NCBI GenBank assembly: GCA_013239625.1
Contig: MU054391.1
Coordinates: 3,987,824-4,051,823, forward strand
Direction: 5' to 3'
Source of the DNA: Lama guanicoe
Lineage: Eukaryota
Length of the DNA stretch: 64,000 nt
The notes under the pieces were generated by a model, which worked only from the letters and a program-made list of their open reading frames with translations, searched no databases and was not told where the DNA came from. The stretch's first letter is position 1. Each line of letters begins with the position of its first letter. A program made the position numbers and the translations under genes. Of this stretch, positions 24,096 through 34,854 are shown in pieces.

Positions 24096-25439
24096 CCTTA
24101 GGGGATAGAGAGGCAGAGAATGGAGGAGCAAAGCTTTGGAAAGAATCTGCTCCTATGAAGGACCCTTAGGGACATGGTGCCCTGATGTCTTGTTCTGCAA
24201 GGATCAGGGATGTCATGATGAGAACGGTAGTCTCTTCTACTCTGTAAGCTATAGGTTTACAAGAATCTTTGTTATAGAGCCTATCCTCACCCTGACATCA
24301 AATAAATAAAAAAGCAAAATAAAAATAAAATAGCTCTTAGGAGAGCTTCATGACCAACCATCAGTTACTAAAATCTGTGCAATAAGATCTCTAGGCAGAA
24401 CCACATCTGTAACCCTTACTATCTCTGTGAGACCTAGACTGGGTCGTGCACATAGTAAGTGGCTCAATTAAGTTTCTGCCTGGTTTATTGTTTTAAATTA
24501 TCTTCAAAACTATTCCTAGAACAGCTGATGCTCCAAGCTGCATTGATCGAATTGTGCTTGCAGAAAAATCATGGAAGGGGCCAGGTTTGGGCAACAGAGG
24601 GTAATAACTCAGTACCCCGTGTGATGGGAAATGTGCACACGTCCTGGCGTCCCTAGGCTGGGTGGGCACAACCATGATACGTGGAGTGTGGTGGGACTGG
24701 GACTGTTTCATCAGGAAAAGGAACATACACCAGCTGTGTCTTCCACTGGCCAGAACGAAACATACAGAAGAAAGATTTACTTTGAGTGGCCCTAACGGGG
24801 AGAACAAGACAGAAATGTCGACAGGAAAACAGATTTCACGCCCTGAAAAAGTGGCTGGGTGGGATGGTGGCCTGCATTCTCAGGTAAGCAAGGATGCTGT
24901 CTTCCCTTGATCTCATAACAGAACTTAATTTTTATTTCAGCCTCCTTTCCCTGCTGAGTGGTGGGAACTTCTCACTCAGCTCAGTGTCACTCCGTCCACA
25001 CGGTGTGTCCAGGTCGGGTGTGGGCTTTCCATTTCCAAGGCTCTGGACGTGCAGAGATGGAGGTGGGGCCATCTGGTCACTCCATCCACACTGACCAGTC
25101 GTAACATTCTCCTCCTCATCGACTACGTGGTCCCCAGCCCACTGTGGGCACTGCTCTGTGTCCCCTCCTGTTTCAATAGCGAGACTTCCAGGTCTGCCAG
25201 CTCACTGCTTATGTAGATGGGGCTCCAGTTCAGGAAAATATTCCTGAATTTGGGGTCATCTCAGCTTTCTTTTCCAGTTGCCCTCAGCCTGGGAGTGAGA
25301 TGGAGCAGTGATGTCTAGGAAACCATGTTCCCCATAGCAAGCAGACTTCCATAAGTATTTATTCTTCTTATGTTATATCACAGATTTTTGACAAACAAGG
25401 TTAAGTATTAACTTTCCCATTGCCTGCCCCCCTGAATTC

Positions 25440-25450
25440 TGCTGAGTCAT
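25440..25450. promoter_or_regulatory. Perfect NF-E2/NRF2/BACH-sMAF element (TGCTGAGTCAT)
   Basis: Exact consensus match; second AP-1 site TGAGTCA at 25614-25620. Function untested. Confidence 0.35.
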
Positions 25451-25856
25451 ACTTCCTTTTGGGGAGCAAGCCTGGGAGCCCCTGGCAGCTTCCTGAGTGG
25501 GGTGGCTTACTGCACACAGGAAACCTGTTTAATAGTTCTGAATCCTCTGCTTCAGGGAGCGGAACTCTCCCACACCACAGCTGCAAAGTTGGATGCATTG
25601 CCTTGAGAGGTAGTGAGTCACTCATCATGAGAAATGATCAAGGTTCTGGATCATTTATTTGGTAGGTTGTGGAAGATTTCAATTACCACATCAGAGGCTG
25701 GTTCAGTGGGTGCTGGGGTCTGGTTGGTGGTTTCTCATCCTGGCCCCACACATTCACTGATTTTCTCACCCTCCTCTGAGATAGCCTGAAATCAAATCTT
25801 GAGGGACAAGACAGCTGGTCAGTATTTTGAATAACTGATTTTATCCAGGTACCTTG

Positions 25857-26066
25857 TTTGCAAGTGTTAGCCACTATATATAAAAATGCATAAAAAGTAA
25901 ACAAATTTCTCCTGTATGGCACAGGGAGCTATGTTCAATATCTGGTAGTAATTAATGAAAAAAATATGAAAATAAATGTATGTATGCATATGCATGACTG
26001 GGACATTGTGCTGTACACCAGACATTGACACATTGTAACTGACTACACTTCAATTAAAAAAAAAAG
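25857..26066 (+). mobile_element. Short 5'-truncated camelid L1 3' end with poly(A)
   Basis: GTTAGCCACTATATATAAAAAT...CTGTATGGCACAGGGAGCTATGTTCAATATC...GACTGGGACATTGTGCTGTACACCAG...TGTAACTGACTACACTTCAATTAAAAAAAAAA. Confidence 0.9.
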
Positions 26067-26814
26067 CAGCACACTGGCGTTTCCACTTGATCGTGAGATA
26101 TTCAGAATCGGGCCAGTGCTCTGATAGCCGAAAAGGCTCCAAATCGGCACATTCCATCTTCCTAAAAGCAGGCAGACACAGCTGGTTCAGGCTCCTTTTG
26201 TTTAGGCTGTTCATAGCAGATGCTGCAAAGCCACATCGCACACGCCTGCTTAGTATTATCAGAACGATCACTCACGTGCTCCTCTCCGCTCAGTGTGCCG
26301 GTGTGAGCTGGCGCTGCAGGTCCCGCAGACGCAGCCTTCCTAGTGCTTCGGCAGAAACTGCATCCCGGGTAATAAATCATCCCCAGCCCCCTCCCTGCGC
26401 CTCTCATGCTGCCCGAGAGAGAAGGAAGCCTCACTTCTGATGCACAGTGGGAGGACGGAGATGCTCATCGCCCAGGAGCCCGCGGGGTTGAATCTGACCC
26501 TGTTCCTCTGGTTTCCCGGCGTGTCAGGGTGGAGGCAGAGCCTTGCTTTCTCTGAAGGGTGATGGCCCACAACGTGAAGGGGTGACAAGCACCCAGGCCA
26601 GGGCTCCCTTGGGACTGTTCTCATCCAACCAAGCAGTGGAGCTGAAATGTACAAAAGCAGGACAGGGTGTTCACGTCTAGTGGCATCGCTGTTCACTTTC
26701 TAAAGTTTAACAAAGAAATAAAAAATGTCCTAAGAAATGACCTTTGTTCTGTGTTTGATTTTTTAAAAAGCTTTTGTTGAAAAGTAAGTAATTTTATTGA
26801 GAAACTCATTTATT

Positions 26815-27020
26815 GGGGTCAGAGACTGGATTCTGTAGTCAGCCTCTTAATGACCACTGACGTAAGTGGCCATAAGCATGTCACTTAAGCTTTCGGTGCC
26901 TCAGTTTTCTCCCCTATAGAATGGGGTTGGCCCCCGTGCCCGCCTCGTTGTGCTGCCGGAAGTGTCAGACAGTTCAAAGGTAATGTCTTGGGGCACTTAG
27001 TAAACCCTGTACAGTTACTT
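26815..27020 (+). mobile_element. MIR SINE
   Basis: GTCACTTAAGCTTTCGGTGCCTCAGTTTTCTCCCCTATAGAATGGGG core. Confidence 0.75.
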
Positions 27021-27239
27021 ACCTTCCCATTCAACAAACACGAGTAATTATTGTGTGTTAGGTGCTGTGCTGGGGAAAGAGAAAGTTTGTGATTGAAAAA
27101 TAACCAACCCCTGCCTTCCCTTGAATAAAGGAATTATTATGCAAGGTCGACTCAAGTGTGCACTAACTGAAGGTTCAAAGTGCTCAGGGAGATTTAGCCA
27201 CGAATTCTGCCAGAGGTGGCTGGGGATGCAGGTCATAGG

Positions 27240-27323
27240 ATTCTACCTGCAAAGACCCAGTTTCCAAATAACGTGACTTTCACAGGTACGGCGGTCAGCT
27301 TCAACATGCCTTTTTGGGACACA
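27240..27323 (-). mobile_element. MLT1 LTR fragment
   Basis: CTGCAAAGACCCAGTTTCCAAATAACGTGACTTTCACAGGTAC...CTTCAACATGCCTTTTTGGGACACA. Confidence 0.65.
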
Positions 27324-29194
27324 GCCTGCCTTTTGGGGACGCATGCCTTTTGGGACCTATAAGAGAGGTTCAGATCAAGAGTGTCAGCTGATCCTGAGAG
27401 GTCCTGAAAGGTGGCACCTGAGGTCCCAGTGACCCTGATGTAGAAAAGGAGGTGAGAAGACAGACAGGGAGTGTGAACAAGGCAGCTGGAGGGGGTGAGG
27501 AGTTTTCTTAAAGAAAGAGAGTTAAATATGCATCGAAGCCAGTGGGAAGAAATCCAGTGGCGAGGGCAAGGTTTCATGTAAAAGACGAGGAATCGCTGTG
27601 GTATAAACATCAGATTAGGAAGCCAGTCATACAAGCCAAACCGGTGGTGCAGTGATGGGTTTTAGGAGGAGGAAGGGGCAACCTCTTTGATGAAAAGAAG
27701 AAGAATAATAAAACAGGAGTAGATATGACTATGTTTGTATTATAGTTAAGAAAAACTAGGAATATGAGCGCATTCCTGATAGCTTCCATTTTCTCTGCAT
27801 GTGGAGACCAGCTTGCCGGCCCCAGGCTGCTGTGTGGGGGTGGGGTGGGAGGAGGTGCTGGAGTGGGGAGAGGAAGGGTGAACGTTCAGAGAGGAAGATT
27901 CCCACCCCAGACTCTGAGTGAGGGGCGACCAGAAAAACAGGGTCACCAGGGGGTGCTGGTGGCCAGTTCGAAGTGGTCGTTGGAATCAGAGCGTAGCGTG
28001 GGCTTGGCGGTGGCAAATCTAGAAGCTGAAGGCTTGAGAAGAAAAAAATAATAGTAAATCAATCTTTCAAAACAAAACAAGTGAACAAACAGGCACTGCC
28101 TGGTGGGTGGGTCCAGGGACGGGGCTCTCAGCAGGTGTGACGTGGGGAGGCTGGTGGTTCACCTGGCGACTCACCTAGAACAGGCGGGGGTGTGAACCCA
28201 GCTCTCGGGCTTGACGGGCCACCCATTCCTGTCCGCATGATGGGTTTCGTCGCCCAGGATACCAGAGGCCTTAAAAAGAAGAAATGTGACTTTTCCTTTC
28301 TTTGGCAGCACTTAGAACTCCGCCGTGGGCCATATATATGTGCGTGTGTATATGTGTGTGTATATATATACCCATACATATGGCTAGATGGGGTTTGGGA
28401 CTCTATTTATAAATGTGTAAATATATATGTAGATTATAGATGATATGCAAAATACTTTTCATTTTAAATGATCGAAGTGTGTGTTACCTAATCATCGTTC
28501 TGCGTTGCACCGAAGGTACACAATGGGCTCCAACCCAGGGATCTGTCAGTTTCCTTCGAGTATTTCTTTGAGTTGTTCACATGCAGTGTTTTCTGATGGC
28601 TGTAATAAAAGAATCAGTACGAATTAACTGGGTAACTTCCTCTTGTTAGCGTCCAGCGTGGACTGCGCGAATCTCTCACCCCTCTCATTTAAGGTGCAGA
28701 CACCGAGGCCCAGGGTCCTGGACCTGCCCGGTGTCCCCCAGCCGAGGGCAGGCCCAGGTGCGTGGCCGGCACTGGCTTTCACAGTCCTTCTGATGAACCG
28801 GGACCTTGGTGCGGAGCAGGCTGGGAGGAGTATGAGAAAGATGTTAAAGATTTTCATAGATGGTCTTGATTTGGCAATTATATTTTCTCATCAATCACAC
28901 CTAAAGATCCAAAGGAAATTGAGTAACTAAAAAGGAAGGAACTTGAGCACATTTTTTCCCTTTTGAGAAAATTTGTGCAATGAAATTCGTGTGCCTACTT
29001 ATTCAAGGAGAAGCAATCAGACTGACACCTATTGGCTGGAAAGCATATAAAAGACCCCAGCATTCACTCCACCTAACGCAACCTTAGAAATGGGTCAGAT
29101 TCTTCACAGAGGTCCAGCCAGGGTGCTCGCCTAGGGGGAGACAGAGCTGACCGAGGTGATAGGCTGGCTTCAGTACCTACCCGCTCTGTCAGTC

Positions 29195-29310
29195 TTGAGG
29201 ATCATGCAGCTTTATCTGCAAAGAGGGAGAGCCCTTGCACTGCCCTCCCCATGGGCCTGTCATGAAGCTCAGATGAAATGAGGGCCGTGAAGCAGCAAAC
29301 TTCAGAGTGC
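29195..29310 (+). mobile_element. MIR fragment
   Basis: TATCTGCAAAGAGGGAG...CCCCATGGGCCTGTCATGAAGCTCAGATGAAATG. Confidence 0.45.
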
Positions 29311-29429
29311 TCCGAGGCCCGGGACCGCCCTGAGATTCTGGCCATGGAGGGAGGCCGTCATATCCTCATCATCAGCATCCTTGTTACGGTGGCTGCAGTT
29401 CCCTGAACAAGATGTGTCGGTGAGTTCCC

Positions 29430-29545
29430 ACCTCAGAATTATCATCTCTTTTTACAGATGTTGGAACTGAGCTTGGGGAGGGGGTCCCCAGGCTGGTAGG
29501 TCTGGTCCCAGCCCTGTCCTTCATGTGCTTATAGTCAGCCACGCT
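29430..29545 (-). mobile_element. MIR fragment
   Basis: ATTATCATCTCTTTTTACAGATGTTGGAACTGAGCTTGGGGAGG. Confidence 0.5.
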
Positions 29546-30217
29546 GATCCTCTCTCCGGAAATCACCCTCCCCAGAAGCAGACGCCACCTTCTGGGCCAG
29601 CCCGTTCAGCCTCCTCTGGCCCATGTTGCCCAGATCCCAGCCTGTCTGTGGGACTGGGCCAGTCTGGCAGAGAAGAACATTCTGTTCTGGCTGAGCCTCT
29701 GTTCTTGGGGGCCGTCTGTCATTGAATCAGTGCCCTAAACGGAGCCTGCAATAATTCTTACCTAAAGAGCCTGAGGTCGAGCTGTGGGGACAAAGCTCCC
29801 CAGGCCCACGTTTCCTTCATGGTGTCTCCTGAGACTTTCAGAATTAGAGCTGGTCCAGGGGAGGGTGTGACCTGTGACTTGGATCCATTTACCTCTCACA
29901 CCTACCCAGACGTCAGCTTCCTCCAGCCTGGAGTTAAAATGCAGAAGGAAGAAGGGATCAAAAGCCCCCTCCAAAGTTTCCTCCGCTCTGGGTTAACCTC
30001 CAGGTCACCTGGAACGTGCCTCCTGCTGTGGTCTTACTCCTTCGGGGTTATCTTTGATTTTTATTTCAAACAAGTTACATGACAATGAGGTAGCTATGGC
30101 TGGAGTGTCCCTGCTGGTGCTGGAGCCAGTGACCCAAAGCAGAGAGAACAGGAGAACGCAGCTCTGAAGTAGGCACCTGCCACTAAATGGTCCCCGTTGG
30201 TGGGTTTGGTCACTTTC

Positions 30218-30493
30218 TTGGTAGAGTCTTTTGAAGACCAAAAGTTTATAATTTTATTTAAGTTCAATTAATTTTCTTTTTGTTTTTCATTACCAGTGCT
30301 TTGGTGTCATATCTGGGAACGCATTGTCTAATCCAAGGTCATGAAAATTTATGCCTTTATTTTCTTCTATGAGTTTTTTAATTTGATTCTTATACTTATG
30401 TCTTTGACTCATTTTGAGTTTGTGCTTGTATGGTGTGCGATATGGGTCCAGCTTTATTCTTTTGCACGTGGCTATGCAATGATCCCAGCACCC
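30218..30493 (-). mobile_element. L1M ORF2 fragment (pseudo-ORF)
   Basis: Minus-strand translation CKRIKLDPYRTPY...KLIEENKGINFHDLGLDNAFPDMTPK is clearly homologous to the L1 ORF2p segment C-terminal to RT (KLDPFLTPY...LEENLG...DIGMG..F...TPK). Confidence 0.88.
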
Positions 30494-31065
30494 ATGCAGC
30501 AATGCACTTGTCTGTTTCCTCACCAGTCTCATTCAGACCCCGCCACCACCCTCCACCCCGTGTCCACCACAGTCAGTACCCGGCTCCTGAAGGGTACTGG
30601 GAAGGCTCAGGGAATGTTCCTTGGATAAACCAGTGACCAGTGTGTTCAACGTTAATTCTAACACATGCTGAAATTGTGTCCTCTTGCCTCGCTGAGATGA
30701 AAATCTCTTCATAAAGAGCACAAGTTGCTTGATGAGTTTTAGGAGAATGTTTAAGGATTCTGAGCTGGAAGAATGCAAATCAATGTACCGGGTCAGTCCA
30801 AATGTATAATTTAAATAGCCCTTTGAATTTCTCCTTTACTTATTGAATGATTAAGTTGTTGATGAGAATCTCACAAAATTTCCTTCCAGGTTTGCTCCCT
30901 CCTTGATGTTGAAACAGTTTGATTTGACACCAGAGATTCCTGGAGCCCATGTCAAAGGGGAAAACTTTGAGTATTATATGGTTTCTTCAATGAGTTAAAA
31001 CAATTGTTAGACTTTGATTTAAAAAGTGTCTTGGATTTTAATGGGAGGCATATAGATAAACCAAA

Positions 31066-31336
31066 AATATAATTAAAATTGTTTGTAGTCCCATTAAAGA
31101 AAGAAACAGATGAAATTCATTTTAGTAATGTAGTTTATTAACCAAATTATCCAAATGTTGTCACTCCAACATGTAGCTGATATAAAAGTCATTAGTGATC
31201 TCATATGTTCCTTTCTAATTAAGTCTTCAGTATCTGGTTTGTATTCCACGTGTACAGCTCTTTGCAGTGCAAACTAGCCCATGTCAAGTGCACATTAGCC
31301 CCACGTGTCTAAGGGCTACCATTTTGGACAACATGG
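31066..31336 (+). mobile_element. MER33 hAT-Charlie DNA transposon
   Basis: AGAAACAGATGAAATTCATTTTAGTAAT...TATCCAAA...CAACATGTA...TCAAGTGCACATTAGCCCCACGTGTCTAAGGGCTACCATTTTGGACA. Confidence 0.75.
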
Positions 31337-32704
31337 ACTGGAAACTCCATCGTGGGGAATGAATGTGGAAAACAATGTTGCAAAACCAACAGAACTATGG
31401 AAAGTTTAATGTCACTGTCCACAGATAGTTAGAACCAAGCAAATGATGAAGAGTTCCATCCATTCTAAGGGCACCCCCTTAGATTCATGTTAGGAGATCT
31501 CTTTACTGGCCTTGCAAAGTCCATCCGGGAGGGGAGTGACTCAATTCTGTGAGAAAGCCCAAGTTAGAGGTAACTTTTAGGAAATTATACTAAAGTGCAA
31601 AGTGGTGCTAAAACAGGTTTCCTTTCCATATTTGCAGAATTTCCAGATAACTATTCTGTTCTCTTCTGAAGAGATTTTTTAGAGCTTCTGGCAGTTTTTA
31701 TTTTTTTCTTCCAGCTCTTGTTGGGATTTTTTTTATAGACCCTAAGTTGTTCATAATAAGCCACCCACTTTCAGACAGGTTCTCTCGGATGCATCTGTTC
31801 CTAGCTGGTAGCAGTGAGCAAATTCGAGTTTAGAAACACTGTGAGAAATGTTAAACACTAGCATTTGGTGGAAGCAGGTGCCACGAGACCGACGTGAATG
31901 TCAGTAGTTGCAATTGATAGGGGATTCTGGGGAAACATTCATTTGGCCTCTGCTTAAAATTCTGGGAAGGGTGGCATAATATCCATGTGATTTCCCTTCA
32001 AGTTTCAGCTTTGGAAATATATCCCCAAAGCTGTGTGCATCTCTGATGAGGGCCAAGACCATATTGGCTGTTTTTTTTTTTTTCCTTTTTAAATCCCCCC
32101 ACCCTCTTCTCTCTTTTCTCCATGTTGTCTAGCATTTATGCATTTACGAGTCCATTGTGCAAAATCTTGCTTAGTCTCTGAGGTTAATTCCACTTTACCC
32201 GACTCTCGCACTGATTATGGAATTAAGAGTACACGGAGGGAAGCAGCCAGACCTTTGTACAACCCGTCACTTGGAAAAGAGATATAGTCCAAACCTAGGG
32301 CTCTGTTAGAGCCAAATAATAAAGTCTTTGTTTCTGTGACACCCAGCTGGCCCTGTAAGCTTCTTTGCATGACCCACGACTAGGGTCGCCAGGTGGACTA
32401 TAGGACACGAGTCAAATTTGAATTCCAGACCAAAAAATGAAAAATGTTGACATAGCTATGTCCCCCATATTGCAAGAGGCACCTTATACTCAAAAAGCAT
32501 TAACGGCTGTTCGTATGAAACTCAGATTTAACTGATATCCTGTAGTTTTGTTTGCTGAGTCTGGCAACGCTGCGCAAGAGGCCAGGCTGCTTTTCAAGCA
32601 TTAGTCCCCAGCTCTTGACCCCGAACTGTCCACATGCCTTGCGTATAAAATGAGCGGCTGCCTCGATGCGGTGTTCTTTGCAAGCCTGGTGTCTTTCACA
32701 CACG

Positions 32705-33215
32705 TTCAGCCAACAAACACACTAAGCATCTCCTAAGGGCACTGCTGACACAGCGTGAGTCAGCCATGACTGCTATTGGTAAGAGGCTTACAACACAGTA
32801 AGGGAAGTCAGATCTACAAATAAATCAGGGGAACACAGTGCCGTGAGGGCTACACATAATTGTCTGTGCAAACTCTAGTGGAGACCAAAGAGAGAGCAGT
32901 TGATGCCATGCGGGGTTACATGTAAAGATGCCATGTAGAGGGCAAATTCCCTCTGAAATTTCAAGGAATTGAGAAGCTATTCGTTGGAGAGCTCGCGTGG
33001 GAGGACTTTACCTCGGGAAGAGGCATCTCAAGCAAAGACCAGGGCGTGGGGCATCCTAGGGTGTCTGATAAGCTGTAAGCAATCCAGTGGAGCTGGAGGG
33101 TGGGACTCCAAGTGTGAGGCTGAGTGGAAGATATGACTAGGGTAGAAGGCAGGGGCTAAACCATGGAGAGTCTTTTGAGCCATCCTGAGGAATTTAGATT
33201 TTTGTTGGGGAGTCG
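32705..33215 (-). mobile_element. L2 LINE fragment
   Basis: TTCAGCCAACAAACAC...CAAGCAAAGACCAGGG...CAGTGGAGCTGGAG...GAGGAATTTAGATTTT matches antisense L2 landmarks. Confidence 0.65.
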
Positions 33216-33617
33216 GCAGCAATTTCTACGGGGTCACAACCTCAAACTCCCTTAAGCTCTTACATCATTCATTCACAAGTCCTCCTCAGCTGCCAGTAAA
33301 CAGCACAAAGTGACCACCTGGCGAATCTTCCCAGCAAACCCAGACCGAGCAGTCACTCTTCCTTCAGATGACCACACTGTGGGCGCATCCTTCACCGAGC
33401 CCACCTCTCTGACGTGTGACCGTCACCTAGCCGCGTGCACTGCCCAGGACTCAGCGCCTCCTCAGGGGCTGGGAGGGTCCTTTTCCACGTCTGCAGCCCA
33501 GAGCCTCGCAGGAGCCCAGAAAATGGGAGGCCCTTCTGGAACGAAGTAGTTCTCGTTTCTCTGTAATTCCGTAGTTCAACGGACACATCGACCGAAGTGG
33601 TGTGCTAGGGAATGAAG

Positions 33618-33949
33618 GGGCTTACACAACAGGAATTGGCTTTCTCACAGTTCTCCAGGCTGCACATCTGAGCTCACGCGTCGGCTGGGTTGGTCCCTCC
33701 TGAGGCCTCTCTCCATGGTGTGCAGATGGCCGTTTTCTCCCAGGGTCCTCACATTGTCACCCCTCTGTGTGTGCCCTAATCTGTTCTTATAAGGACATGG
33801 GTCACATTGGATTAAGGCCCACCCCAGTGGCCTCACTGTACCTGAATTACCAGTTGAAAGACCCTGCCTGCAAGCACAGTCACATTCTAAGGTTCTGAGG
33901 GCTGGGGCTTCAGCATATAAATTTGGGGGGCATAATTCAGCCCCAAACA
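33618..33949 (-). mobile_element. MLT1A/B LTR
   Basis: TCTCACAGTTCT...CTGAGGCCTCTCTCC...GCAGATGGCCG...TCTTATAAGGACA...ATTGGATTAAGGCCCACCC...CAGTCACATTCT...ATAATTCAGCCC. Confidence 0.85.
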
Positions 33950-34626
33950 GCTAGATAATGTAGAAAGGGCAAAGTAAGTAAGACACCGCCCTTGCATTCA
34001 AGTTGCTCACAATCTAGTGCAGCCACAGATTCACAACCTGCCTGTTCTTTAAAAAATTCTCTGTCATCTAATAACCACTATGGAGAGGATGAAAGGCTTA
34101 AGCATTCCGCTTGCTCGCTTATAGATAGGGTAACAGCGCTCACGCCGTGAGAGTCCCTGAAAAATTAAATGAGAATAACCGTTTAAGCGCTTTGCGAACT
34201 GCCACGTGCTGTAAGCACCAGGGCGGGGTGTCGCGTGGAAATGCCCCTGGGGCTTTCCTTTGCTCATTCCATCCCGTGGTGTTTCCCGTCCACGCTTGTC
34301 TCTGGCGGCACTCAGACCTCAGCTGCCTCAAGGAAGGAAGTTTCACCTGCGAGCAGAAGGGGAAAATGTTTTATTCCAGGTCTTTTCAAGTCCTAGGTCT
34401 CTAGAGGAACAGAAAGGATTCCTAGCAGAGACATTTGGGCAAGAACGTGCCAAGTATGAGGACCCCTCCTCATACCGCCTCCCCTCACTGGAGACTCTGA
34501 AGATGGATTCCTGAAACAGGATAATTAAATGAGGAGTAAAAGACCGTAGGATAACTTTCTAAGGGGAAAATAAAATCTCTGTTGTCTTCTTTGAAGATGG
34601 AGCCAAAAAAAAAAAAAAAACCCAAA

Positions 34627-34854
34627 NNNNNNNNNNNNNNNNNNNNNNNNNNNNNNNNNNNNNNNNNNNNNNNNNNNNNNNNNNNNNNNNNNNNNNNNNN
34701 NNNNNNNNNNNNNNNNNNNNNNNNNNNNNNNNNNNNNNNNNNNNNNNNNNNNNNNNNNNNNNNNNNNNNNNNNNNNNNNNNNNNNNNNNNNNNNNNNNNN
34801 NNNNNNNNNNNNNNNNNNNNNNNNNNNNNNNNNNNNNNNNNNNNNNNNNNNNNN
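34627..34854. other. Assembly gap (228 N)
   Basis: Run of N flanked on both sides by CC(A)16-17CCCAAA. Confidence 0.99.

Noticed and set aside
25984..25995. Perfect MORE palindrome ATGCATATGCAT
   Set aside because: Lies in a TATG-rich part of an L1 3' UTR; easily reached by drift.
27305..27357. CRISPR-like short direct repeats
   Set aside because: Spacers are only a few bp, the context is a mammalian LTR, and there are no cas genes.
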